From: Salinivirgaceae bacterium | GTDB taxonomy: Bacteria > Bacteroidota > Bacteroidia > Bacteroidales > SZUA-534 | NCBI GenBank assembly: GCA_024405635.1 | Contig: JAKSOL010000010.1 | Location: forward strand, 2,128 to 66,127 | Reading direction: 5' to 3' | DNA length: 64,000 bases | Part shown: in pieces, positions 16,671 to 25,003 of the stretch | How the letters are laid out: every line of letters begins with the position of its first letter | Numbering within the stretch: the stretch's first letter is position 1 | Notes under the pieces: generated by a model | The model's database searches: none | Told to the model about the DNA's origin: nothing | The model's input: the letters and a program-made list of their open reading frames with translations, nothing else | Made by a program: the position numbers and the translations under genes

Positions 16671-19337
16671 CTATTGAATCTCAAAACCGACTACCGAAAT
16701 ATCGTCAACTTGAGGGTTTGAACCACGCCACTCGTTGAATTTTTCCTCAAGAATAATCATTTGTTCTTCTTTTGGTTTGTTAACACATTGGCGCAAAACC
16801 TCTTTAAATCCCAAACTCTTCATTTTCACATTGTCGTTGCCACCAAACTGATCGTAATATCCGTCAGAGAACATATAAATTTGGTCGCCCGACATTAACT
16901 GAACTTTGGTTTGTGAGAACGAACGATCCTCGTTATCATAAAAACCAACTGGCATACGGTCTGGTTTTAGTTCAATAATACCACCTTCGCGGAAAATATA
17001 AATTGGGTTCATTGCTCCTGCAAAGACAAGTATTTTGTTTTCGCGATCGATTGACACAATTGACATATCCATGCCATCGCCAGCCGACGAATTGTTGTTG
17101 TTTTGATGCAGATATCGAATAACATCAATACGCAATCGATTAAGAATAGCTGCAGGTTGTACAATTCCAAGTTCTTCAACAATTTTACTCATCAGCAACA
17201 TTCCCACAAGACTCAAGAATGCACCAGGAACACCATGACCAGTTGAATCGGCACAAGCCACAATGGTACGCCCGTGTTTTTCGCCTATCCAATAAAAATC
17301 GCCACTAACAATATTACGTGGACGATAGTACGCAAAACTGTTTGGATATATTTTCGACAATGTCTCAAAAGGAGGCATTATGGTGTTTTGTATGCGGCAA
17401 GCATATTGAATACTAGCATTAATATCAATATTGGCAGCAGTTAACTCATCTTGAGTCTTTTTAAGTTTAGTAATGTTTGTTTCAATTGAAATAATGCTTT
17501 TAACATGGTTTTCTCCATCTGATGATAACAAAGGAGTTAGTGTTTGGTGTACCCAAAGTTGATCGCCCCATTTAGTAGTTATTCCAATCTCTTTTTCAAT
17601 CGATTCTTTAGTTTCTTGATTCTTCCAAATGCTAATAGCCTCGGCAACATCAACGCCGCCAAGCAGCGACGAATCCATCAACAAATCGTCTAAACTATAG
17701 CCATACATGTGCGAAAAGCCTTCGTTTATCCAAGTCAGATTTCCTTCATTGTCTAGCACTCTAATAGCATTATCGGTTTCGCAAGCAATAAGCGACAACT
17801 TTTCAAGTTCAAGATTTGTATCTTGCAAATGCTTACGCTGAGCCTCAATTTCTTCTTTTTGCTGCGATATTTTGAATGTTTTCTCTTGCAACTCAGCGTT
17901 TGCCTTACCTTTTTGCACCAACAACCTTATTAGAATCAGTGTTAGAATAATAGCCAACGCTATTAAGCAAGTAGCATAAGTAATAATATGGTATTGACGA
18001 CCTATAAGGCTTTGTTTCTTTTGGTTGTCAGATACAGTTTCTTGGTTTTGTCGCAACAACATTTCTTTTTGTTGGGTAAGACGCAGCAATTCTGCGTTTT
18101 GTAGCAATTCCATTTCTTGTTCTGACAATGAGGACAATACACTATCAGCATAAAGTATTGAGTTGCGATAATACTCGTTTGCCAAGCCTGTACGATTGGT
18201 CTTTGTGCTTATATCGCCAAGTATTTGACAAATTGCTTTAATGTCGGGCCAGTACTTTAACTGTTCAGCATAACTGAATGCGTTTTTGGCATAGTGCTCA
18301 GCTCCCATCAAGTTGCCGTTTAGCATATACAGTTCGGCCATAAACTTGTACACATAATAGTGCAACGACAAATCTTCTGATGAATTACACAGGGTTTCTG
18401 CTTTTGTTGCGTACTCTATTGAAGTGTTTAGCAAGTTTTGATAATAATACCACGTTGCCAAATCGAGGTTAGCTTTAATTTTTGGCAAAATAGCATCAGT
18501 ACGTTCACTCATTGTGCGAGAACGGTTAAAATCGTCAAGCGACACTTTTATTTCTCCATTTTCCCACTCAATGAATCCTATTATACTATATGCCATCACT
18601 TGGCCTGTTGGATTATTGATGGCATTAAATGTTGACAAAGCATCTTTTGCATACTCCATTGCTCCTTTTGAATCGAAACGTGCCCCACGTATTTTGGCAA
18701 TCATAAGCAATGCTTGACCATAATTACAATTTGCAGGGTCGCCTTGTGCTATTTCTTGCGCTGCTTGTGCATAAGCAAGTGCTTTGGGCATGTCGTTGCT
18801 TGAATAATAGTACTGAGCTTGCAATTCATCAAACTCAACTACAAGGGCACTATTTGACGATTCGGAAATATAATGTTGAGCTGAATCGAGATAACTGCGT
18901 GTTGTTTTTTGGTTTAGCAAAGCTTGCTCACAAGTAGCAAGTAAATAATATATTGACAACCAATAATCGTTAGAATTAGCGCCACCATTGACTTCCAATT
19001 TGGCACGAGCCTTTTTTACATATTTAATACACTCGCTTATTTGACCTAGTTGATAGCTCAAATAACCAGCATGAATATTCAATGAAATTTGAACGTTGGG
19101 TGTTGTGTCGGCTAAAAGTACTTGATTGTAAATACCGAGCGCCATTTTTAGCGAATTGCTTTTTTCATACACACTAGCCTCATTAAGCAAACTTTGGGCT
19201 TCATTGCTACTAACTGATAGTTGTCGCAAAGGCCTATCTTTTGCCTTACCTATTCGCTTATCGGACTCGGCACTAACTTGCGAAATTGCCGACAACGCAA
19301 AAAGCATTGAGACTATAAGAAAAAATAAGCGCTTCAT
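16671..19337 (-). CDS. TPR-repeat, transmembrane, PAS-domain, PP2C/SpoIIE-type serine phosphatase
   Basis: The order is a signal peptide, about 430 aa of TPR-like repeats, one TM helix (ITYATCLIALAIILTLILIRLLV), a coiled coil, a PAS-like region, and a C-terminal PP2C domain (SGDFYW, ADSTGHGVPGA, MFSDGYYDQ, DDISVVGF). Confidence 0.88.
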   Translation of the reverse strand: MKRLFFLIVSMLFALSAISQVSAESDKRIGKAKDRPLRQLSVSSNEAQSLLNEASVYEKSNSLKMALGIYNQVLLADTTPNVQISLNIHAGYLSYQLGQISECIKYVKKARAKLEVNGGANSNDYWLSIYYLLATCEQALLNQKTTRSYLDSAQHYISESSNSALVVEFDELQAQYYYSSNDMPKALAYAQAAQEIAQGDPANCNYGQALLMIAKIRGARFDSKGAMEYAKDALSTFNAINNPTGQVMAYSIIGFIEWENGEIKVSLDDFNRSRTMSERTDAILPKIKANLDLATWYYYQNLLNTSIEYATKAETLCNSSEDLSLHYYVYKFMAELYMLNGNLMGAEHYAKNAFSYAEQLKYWPDIKAICQILGDISTKTNRTGLANEYYRNSILYADSVLSSLSEQEMELLQNAELLRLTQQKEMLLRQNQETVSDNQKKQSLIGRQYHIITYATCLIALAIILTLILIRLLVQKGKANAELQEKTFKISQQKEEIEAQRKHLQDTNLELEKLSLIACETDNAIRVLDNEGNLTWINEGFSHMYGYSLDDLLMDSSLLGGVDVAEAISIWKNQETKESIEKEIGITTKWGDQLWVHQTLTPLLSSDGENHVKSIISIETNITKLKKTQDELTAANIDINASIQYACRIQNTIMPPFETLSKIYPNSFAYYRPRNIVSGDFYWIGEKHGRTIVACADSTGHGVPGAFLSLVGMLLMSKIVEELGIVQPAAILNRLRIDVIRYLHQNNNNSSAGDGMDMSIVSIDRENKILVFAGAMNPIYIFREGGIIELKPDRMPVGFYDNEDRSFSQTKVQLMSGDQIYMFSDGYYDQFGGNDNVKMKSLGFKEVLRQCVNKPKEEQMIILEEKFNEWRGSNPQVDDISVVGFEIQ

Positions 19338-19615
19338 TTAATTTTGAATATGGCATGCAAGTTAACTATAAATTATCATCAACAATCCCTTATTAACAGT
19401 TTTTTTAACAATTGTGCTTTTTTTATTTTTCTGTAACAGCAAACCAACTAGCTAAAATGTCTTCGGCCATAATACATTTAAGCATCAATCGCTAACGATA
19501 TGGCACACTTGTCTCCCAAAACGATTCACAAAACACCCCTCAATACAATAACTATACATTCCACCTATTTTATGGTTTAGCTATTTAATTGTGAACGCAA
19601 ACGAGCCATATTTGA

Positions 19616-19623
19616 TTAAATTT
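19616..19623 (+). promoter_or_regulatory. Bacteroidota-type -7 promoter box (TAAATTTG)
   Basis: Exact TAnnTTTG match 23 nt upstream of the ATG at 19646. Confidence 0.45.
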
Positions 19624-19645
19624 GCTTAAACTTAAAATAATCCTT

Positions 19646-21007
19646 ATGAAAATAATAATAGACTCGCAAACAAAAACAATAGCAAACAAAAAGATAACGA
19701 TAGTCAAAAAAGCAACCGACGAGAGCAAAGAAAAGACTCTCATTTCGGAGCCCGACAATCATAGCAACATAACAATATCATTAAGCACATTGTGCGATGC
19801 TATTGACGTTCGCTCAGCTGGTTATTCGTGGTTTGAAAAACTGAAAGTTCAAAAAGAAACCGAAGCAACTCTTATTGTTCAAGACATTGATAGCCAATAT
19901 ATTTTATGGTTAATTGAAGGTTTAATGCTTGGCAATTATTCGTTCAACAAATACAAAAGCGCTGAACCATTTGTAATAAAAAGCCTAGTTACAAATGCAC
20001 AATTAAAACAAAGCGACATAACCCGTTTACAGAATCTTATTGAAGCTGTCAATTGGGCCAAAGATCAAGTAAATGAACCAGGCAACAAACTTGGAACAAC
20101 TGAATTTGCAAAGCGTATTTCACAATTGTGCACACAAAGTGGAGCAACTGTTGAAATTCTTGGCAAAAAGAAAATATCAGCTCTAAAAATGGGCGGTTTA
20201 TTATCGGTAAACCTTGGAAGCACCGAAGATCCTGCTTTAGGCATTCTAACTTGGAAACCTGAAAACGCAATAAATAAAAAACCAATTGTTTTGGTTGGAA
20301 AAGGCATTGTATTTGACACCGGAGGCTACAACATTAAAACCAGCAACTACATGAACGACATGAAAACCGACATGGCAGGAGCCGCAGCAGTAGCAGCATC
20401 GGTTGCGTATGCTGCAAAGCAAAAATTGCCTATTTATGTTATTGGAATAACGCCAATAACCGATAACCGTTTACAATCGGCAGCTATGGTACCTGGCGAC
20501 GTGATTTATATGCACAACGGCACCTCAGTTGAAGTACTAAACACCGATGCCGAAGGTCGCCTAATTTTAGCCGATGGAATATGTTATGCTCAAAAATTCA
20601 ACCCCGAAGTTACGATATCAATAGCAACCCTAACAGGCGCAGCATCTGTTGCCATTGGACCTTACGCCTCAGTTGTAATGGGCAACAATAACAAACTACT
20701 TAACAAAGTAATTGAAGCCGGAAACTGCGCAAGCGAGCGATTAGTAAATTTTCCGTTATGGGACGAATACGCAGCGCTTATCAAATCAGATATTGCCGAC
20801 TTAAAAAACATTGGCGGCCGCGAGGCTGGAGCAATAACTGCCGGTAAATTTTTGGAGCATTTCAGCACAGCATCGCCTTTTATACACATCGACATTGCAG
20901 GCACCGCTTACATTGATAAAAAGCTAGACTATAGACACAAAGGTGCAACCGGAGTTGGAGTTAGGCTATTTGCCAATTTTATGGAAAACTTTCAGGTAGC
21001 CGATTAA
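19646..21007 (+). CDS. pepA: Leucyl aminopeptidase (M17 family)
   Basis: Motifs seen: VGKGIVFDTGGYNIK, DMAGAAAV and NTDAEGRLILAD. The ATG at 19646 is preferred over the TTG at 19622. Confidence 0.9.
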   Translation: MKIIIDSQTKTIANKKITIVKKATDESKEKTLISEPDNHSNITISLSTLCDAIDVRSAGYSWFEKLKVQKETEATLIVQDIDSQYILWLIEGLMLGNYSFNKYKSAEPFVIKSLVTNAQLKQSDITRLQNLIEAVNWAKDQVNEPGNKLGTTEFAKRISQLCTQSGATVEILGKKKISALKMGGLLSVNLGSTEDPALGILTWKPENAINKKPIVLVGKGIVFDTGGYNIKTSNYMNDMKTDMAGAAAVAASVAYAAKQKLPIYVIGITPITDNRLQSAAMVPGDVIYMHNGTSVEVLNTDAEGRLILADGICYAQKFNPEVTISIATLTGAASVAIGPYASVVMGNNNKLLNKVIEAGNCASERLVNFPLWDEYAALIKSDIADLKNIGGREAGAITAGKFLEHFSTASPFIHIDIAGTAYIDKKLDYRHKGATGVGVRLFANFMENFQVAD

Positions 21008-21011
21008 ATTA

Positions 21012-21019
21012 TAAATTTG
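21012..21019 (+). promoter_or_regulatory. Bacteroidota-type -7 promoter box (TAAATTTG)
   Basis: Exact TAnnTTTG match 22 nt upstream of the ATG at 21041. Confidence 0.35.
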
Positions 21020-21040
21020 CCACCATTAAAACTAAAATAG

Positions 21041-22084
21041 ATGGATTCGAACAAATTGAAAGTGGGTATTACCCAAGGTGACATTAATAGCACCAGTTAC
21101 GAAATAATGATAAAAACATTTCAAGAATCGTTGGCTTCTGAAATGTGCATTCCTGTGATTTACGGATCGCCAAAAGTTGCCGCATACTACCGTAAAGCAC
21201 TGAATATCACAACATTTTCATTTAACACAGTTGCATCAGCAAGCGAAATGCAAGACCACAAGTCAAACATTGTTAATGTGCTTGACGATGACGTAAAAGT
21301 TGAACTTGGCAAAAGCACACAAATGGCTGGCGAATCGGCTTTAATTTCAATAGATAAAGCTTGCGCCGACATTGAATCTGGCATTACCAATGCTTTGATT
21401 GTCAACCCAATAAACACCAAAAACACTGCTGAGTTTAATTTAACTGACCAATTTGATTTTGTTAAAAAAAGAACAAACACAAGCAACTCCATAACAGTTT
21501 GGGTTAACGATGCACTAAAAGTTTGCTCTTTAACTGGACCAACATCGTTGCTTGATGCCGCAAAAAAAGTAACAGCAAGCAACATACTCACAACCTTGCG
21601 CACACTTAACCAATCGCTAATTGCCGACTTTGGCATTGATAAACCCAAAATTGCCGTACTTGGATTGAACCCAAATTTGGCAAACGCAACCGAACTAACC
21701 CGCGAGGAGAAAAACGAAATTGCACCTGCCATTGAAAGTGCAAACAACGAAAACATTATGGCAATGGGACCATACGATGCTGAAACAATTTTTGGAACCG
21801 ACCTATTTACCAAATTTGACGCTGTTTTGGCAATGTACTACGACCAAGGTATGGTACCATTTCGCGCATTAAGCTACGACGATGGCGTTAGCTATATGGC
21901 AGGAGCCAACTTTATTTGCGTTGCACCAATGCAAGATGTTGACTACGAAAACGCAGGTTTAGACAAAGCAAACCCATGCGCTTTTCAAAAAGCACTTCAC
22001 TTGGTTTGCAAAATTGGACGTTGCCGCAATATGCACGCCGAATTGACTGCCGATGTGCTTAAAACTCACAACATAAGCGAATAA
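21041..22084 (+). CDS. pdxA: PdxA-family protein (4-hydroxythreonine-4-phosphate dehydrogenase fold), divergent at the canonical metal-binding histidines
   Basis: It is collinear with the PdxA scaffold (KIAVLGLNP.., DAVLAMY.DQG, ..NAGLDKAN). However, it reads LNPNLAN, AMYYDQG and QDVDYENAG where PdxA has LNPHAGE, AMYHDQG and VDHGTA. Confidence 0.7.
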   Translation: MDSNKLKVGITQGDINSTSYEIMIKTFQESLASEMCIPVIYGSPKVAAYYRKALNITTFSFNTVASASEMQDHKSNIVNVLDDDVKVELGKSTQMAGESALISIDKACADIESGITNALIVNPINTKNTAEFNLTDQFDFVKKRTNTSNSITVWVNDALKVCSLTGPTSLLDAAKKVTASNILTTLRTLNQSLIADFGIDKPKIAVLGLNPNLANATELTREEKNEIAPAIESANNENIMAMGPYDAETIFGTDLFTKFDAVLAMYYDQGMVPFRALSYDDGVSYMAGANFICVAPMQDVDYENAGLDKANPCAFQKALHLVCKIGRCRNMHAELTADVLKTHNISE

Positions 22085-22103
22085 TCAGCCATTAAATAAT
22101 TAT

Positions 22104-22137
22104 AAAAAATCCACCTAGTTTTAGGTGGATTTTTTTA
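22104..22137 (+). terminator. Rho-independent terminator
   Basis: A 9-bp stem (atccaccta/taggtggat) is followed by T7. Confidence 0.8.
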
Positions 22138-22158
22138 TGCAACTTACTGTCAGTTAAT

Positions 22159-22166
22159 TAAATTTG
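22159..22166 (+). promoter_or_regulatory. Bacteroidota-type -7 promoter box (TAAATTTG)
   Basis: Exact TAnnTTTG match 26 nt upstream of the ATG at 22192. Confidence 0.45.
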
Positions 22167-22191
22167 CTGAAAATATTCAACCCTACACACT

Positions 22192-23664
22192 ATGTTAAAA
22201 AAATTACGAATTGCATTAGGTACACTATCTTTTGCTCTTATCACCCTTGTGTTTCTTGACTTTACAGGCACACTGCATCATTGGTTCAGTTTTTTGGCAA
22301 AAATTCAGTTTTTACCAGCAGTACTTGCCCTAAACATTGGCGTTATTGTAGCTTTATTAGCTCTCACAATTCTATTTGGACGTGTTTACTGTTCAATTAT
22401 TTGCCCACTTGGCATTATGCAAGATTTGTTTTTTAGACTTGGCAACAAACAAAAGAAAAATCGTTGCACATATTCTCCTGCCAAAAATTGGCTACGCTAC
22501 TCTGTATTAGTCATTTTTGTTTTAGCCTTTTTGCTAAATATCAATGCATTAGTTGCTATTCTTGCGCCTTACTCGGCATACGGACGTATAGCAAGTTCAA
22601 TTATGCAACCAATATACATTGCATGCAACAACGTACTAGCATATTTTGCCGAGCGCATTAACTCATACACATTCTACTCTACCGAAGTATGGCTCAAAAG
22701 TTTACCAACACTAATAGTTGCAGCTATAACTTTAATCATTGTGGGTGTTTTAGCTTGGCGCAACGGACGCACCTACTGCAACACCATTTGCCCTGTTGGC
22801 ACAATTTTGGGCGCTTTATCTCGTCTTTCTATTTTCAAAATTCAAATCGATACCGAAAAATGTAACTCTTGCGGACTATGTGCAATGAATTGCAAAGCTG
22901 CATGCATCAATTCCAAAGAGCACGAAATAGATTACTCGCGTTGCGTAGGTTGCTTTAATTGCATTGAAACTTGCCGAAAAGGATCAATAAAATTTGCCCC
23001 AGTTAAACATGCAACAAAATGCAACAACGAAGAAAGTTCAGTTGACAATAGCCGACGTAAGTTTTTGGCTACAAGCGCTTTAATAACTGCAACAACTATT
23101 GTAAAAGCACAAACCGATAGTGTTGACGGCGGTTTGGCAGCAATTGAGGACAAAAAGAAACCAACACGTCAAACCCCAATAAAACCTTGTGGCTCAGTTA
23201 GTTTAGCAAATTTTAGCAAACACTGCACTGCTTGCCAATTGTGCGTTAGCGAATGCCCTAACCAAGTGTTGCGACCATCGTCAAACCTTGCAACCTTTAT
23301 GCAACCCGAAATGAGTTACGAACTTGGATATTGCCGCCCAGAATGTACTCGTTGCGCCGATGTTTGCCCAACTGGTGCTATTTTAAAAATCAGCAAAGAA
23401 CAAAAATCATCAACCCAAATAGGTCATGCGGTTTGGATTGCCGACAACTGTTTGGCAAATAAAGGCACCAAGTGCGACAATTGTTTCCGCCATTGCCCTA
23501 CTTCTGCCATTAGCATGATGCCAAAAGCTGACAATCAAGAAATTAAGATTCCAATTGTTGACAACGAGCGTTGCATTGGTTGTGGTGCTTGCGAAAACCT
23601 TTGTCCATCTCGTCCTTTCAGCGCAATGTACGTTGAAGGAAACGAGGTTCATCACGAAAATTAA
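22192..23664 (+). CDS. Membrane polyferredoxin: NapH-like N-terminal half fused to a NapG-like four-cluster ferredoxin half
   Basis: The TM region carries two CX3CP motifs (YCSIICPLG, YCNTICPVG). Two CxxCxxCxxxC motifs follow, then an internal SRRKFLATSALITATTIV (from nt 23050), then four more Cys-cluster motifs (CTACQLCVSECP, CTRCADVCP, CDNCFRHCP, CIGCGACENLCP). Confidence 0.75.
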   Translation: MLKKLRIALGTLSFALITLVFLDFTGTLHHWFSFLAKIQFLPAVLALNIGVIVALLALTILFGRVYCSIICPLGIMQDLFFRLGNKQKKNRCTYSPAKNWLRYSVLVIFVLAFLLNINALVAILAPYSAYGRIASSIMQPIYIACNNVLAYFAERINSYTFYSTEVWLKSLPTLIVAAITLIIVGVLAWRNGRTYCNTICPVGTILGALSRLSIFKIQIDTEKCNSCGLCAMNCKAACINSKEHEIDYSRCVGCFNCIETCRKGSIKFAPVKHATKCNNEESSVDNSRRKFLATSALITATTIVKAQTDSVDGGLAAIEDKKKPTRQTPIKPCGSVSLANFSKHCTACQLCVSECPNQVLRPSSNLATFMQPEMSYELGYCRPECTRCADVCPTGAILKISKEQKSSTQIGHAVWIADNCLANKGTKCDNCFRHCPTSAISMMPKADNQEIKIPIVDNERCIGCGACENLCPSRPFSAMYVEGNEVHHEN

Positions 23665-23682
23665 GCCTAAGAAACCATCATT

Positions 23683-23722
23683 AAAAAGGGGAATTAGCCA
23701 AACGGTTAACTCCCCTTTTTTG
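23683..23722. terminator. Bidirectional rho-independent terminator between convergent genes
   Basis: The sequence aaaaaggggaatta...ttaactcccctttttt forms a 9-bp stem with one mismatch, flanked by A- and T-runs. Confidence 0.7.
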
Positions 23723-23743
23723 TTTTTCCATATTTGGTTTTAG

Positions 23744-25000
23744 TTATGTTTTTCGCTCTTTCTTTTTAGCAGCAGGGAACAACAAATTATTAAGAATTAG
23801 CCTATATCCTGGCGAATTGGGATGCAATTCCAAATCGGTTGGTTTGTCGCCAACAAAATGCTGATAGTCCTCAGGATCGTGCCCACCATAAAAGGTCCAC
23901 ATTCCTTTTCCAAACTCTCCATGAATGTATCGAGCCTCATTTATTGACCTATTTTCGCCCATCACTAACACGTTTGGCTTCAACAAACTGCGATTAAATG
24001 CTGTAGTTTGTCCCATAAAACCACGAATAATCGTTTCGTGATTTTGGCAAAGCATGGTTGGCACTGGGTCCCATTTTGCCGAAAATTCAAACAATGAAAA
24101 GTAATCATCATCGCTACTTACTGTACGATAAGTTGTTACATCGATGTCAGAATATTCGTATTCCAACGGATTGGTTCTCAACTTAAAGTTTTGAAAAGCA
24201 AACGTTTCGTTAAAATCCAACTTTTGCTGAGCCCTTGGGTCGGCTGGATCGCCGTCAAACATATAATCGCATATATCAGTATTTGCCGCCGCCAAAGCAA
24301 TGTCGTAACTATCAGCAGCAGAACACATTGCAAACAAAAAACCGCCATCGGCAACAAATTTTTTAATTGTTTGGCAAACATACAGTTTTAGTTTTGAGAC
24401 TTTGCTAAAGCCCATTCGTTGTGCCTCTTGTTCAGCATTTTGCACTTGGTTTATATACCAAGCCATGTGTTTATATGCAGCATAAAATTTGCCATACTGA
24501 CCTGTAAAATCCTCGTGATGCAAGTGCAACCAATCGTAGTTTTTTAGTTCACCATCAACCACTTCTTGGTCATAAATAACATCGTAAGGTATTTCGGCAT
24601 AAGTAAGAACCATGGTAACAGCATCGTCCCAAGGAAGTTTATCTTTTGGTGAATAAACAGCCACACGTGGTGCTTTTTCGAGCCGTAGTGCATCCATGTT
24701 CACATCTTGATTGGCAATTTCGGCCAAAATGGCATCGGTTTGAGCATCGGAAATAACCTCACGCGTAACACCTCGAACTGTGCATTCAAGTTCAATTTGT
24801 TTGTTGTAGGGAAACATAAAACTTCCCCCACGATAATTAAGCAGCCAATGCCCTACCACTTCTTGTTGCAACGCATAAAACGCTACACCATAAGCTTTTA
24901 GATGATTGCGTTGGCTATCGTCCATTGGAATTAGGATTGATGCAGCAAAGGTTTGAACCATGCTACAAAAAAGCATCAGTATGGACAGATAAAAGCGCAT
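23744..25000 (-). CDS. Exported hypothetical protein (418 aa)
   Basis: There is a signal peptide (MRFYLSILMLFCSMVQTFA). The ORF is intact and starts 3 nt after the dnaB stop. I could not assign a family with confidence. Confidence 0.6.
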   Translation of the reverse strand: MRFYLSILMLFCSMVQTFAASILIPMDDSQRNHLKAYGVAFYALQQEVVGHWLLNYRGGSFMFPYNKQIELECTVRGVTREVISDAQTDAILAEIANQDVNMDALRLEKAPRVAVYSPKDKLPWDDAVTMVLTYAEIPYDVIYDQEVVDGELKNYDWLHLHHEDFTGQYGKFYAAYKHMAWYINQVQNAEQEAQRMGFSKVSKLKLYVCQTIKKFVADGGFLFAMCSAADSYDIALAAANTDICDYMFDGDPADPRAQQKLDFNETFAFQNFKLRTNPLEYEYSDIDVTTYRTVSSDDDYFSLFEFSAKWDPVPTMLCQNHETIIRGFMGQTTAFNRSLLKPNVLVMGENRSINEARYIHGEFGKGMWTFYGGHDPEDYQHFVGDKPTDLELHPNSPGYRLILNNLLFPAAKKKERKT

Positions 25001-25003
25001 TGG

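Noticed and set aside
21041-21055. A tRNA T-arm-like string (ggattcgaac).
   Set aside because: It is the first codons of the PdxA-family gene (ATG GAT TCG AAC). No acceptor or anticodon arms can be built around it. I recognised no tRNA anywhere in the window.
21187-21813. A 208-aa ORF antisense to the PdxA-family gene.
   Set aside because: It lies entirely inside and opposite a well-supported CDS. It has no promoter box and its composition is low-complexity and hydrophobic, typical of shadow ORFs in AT-rich coding DNA.
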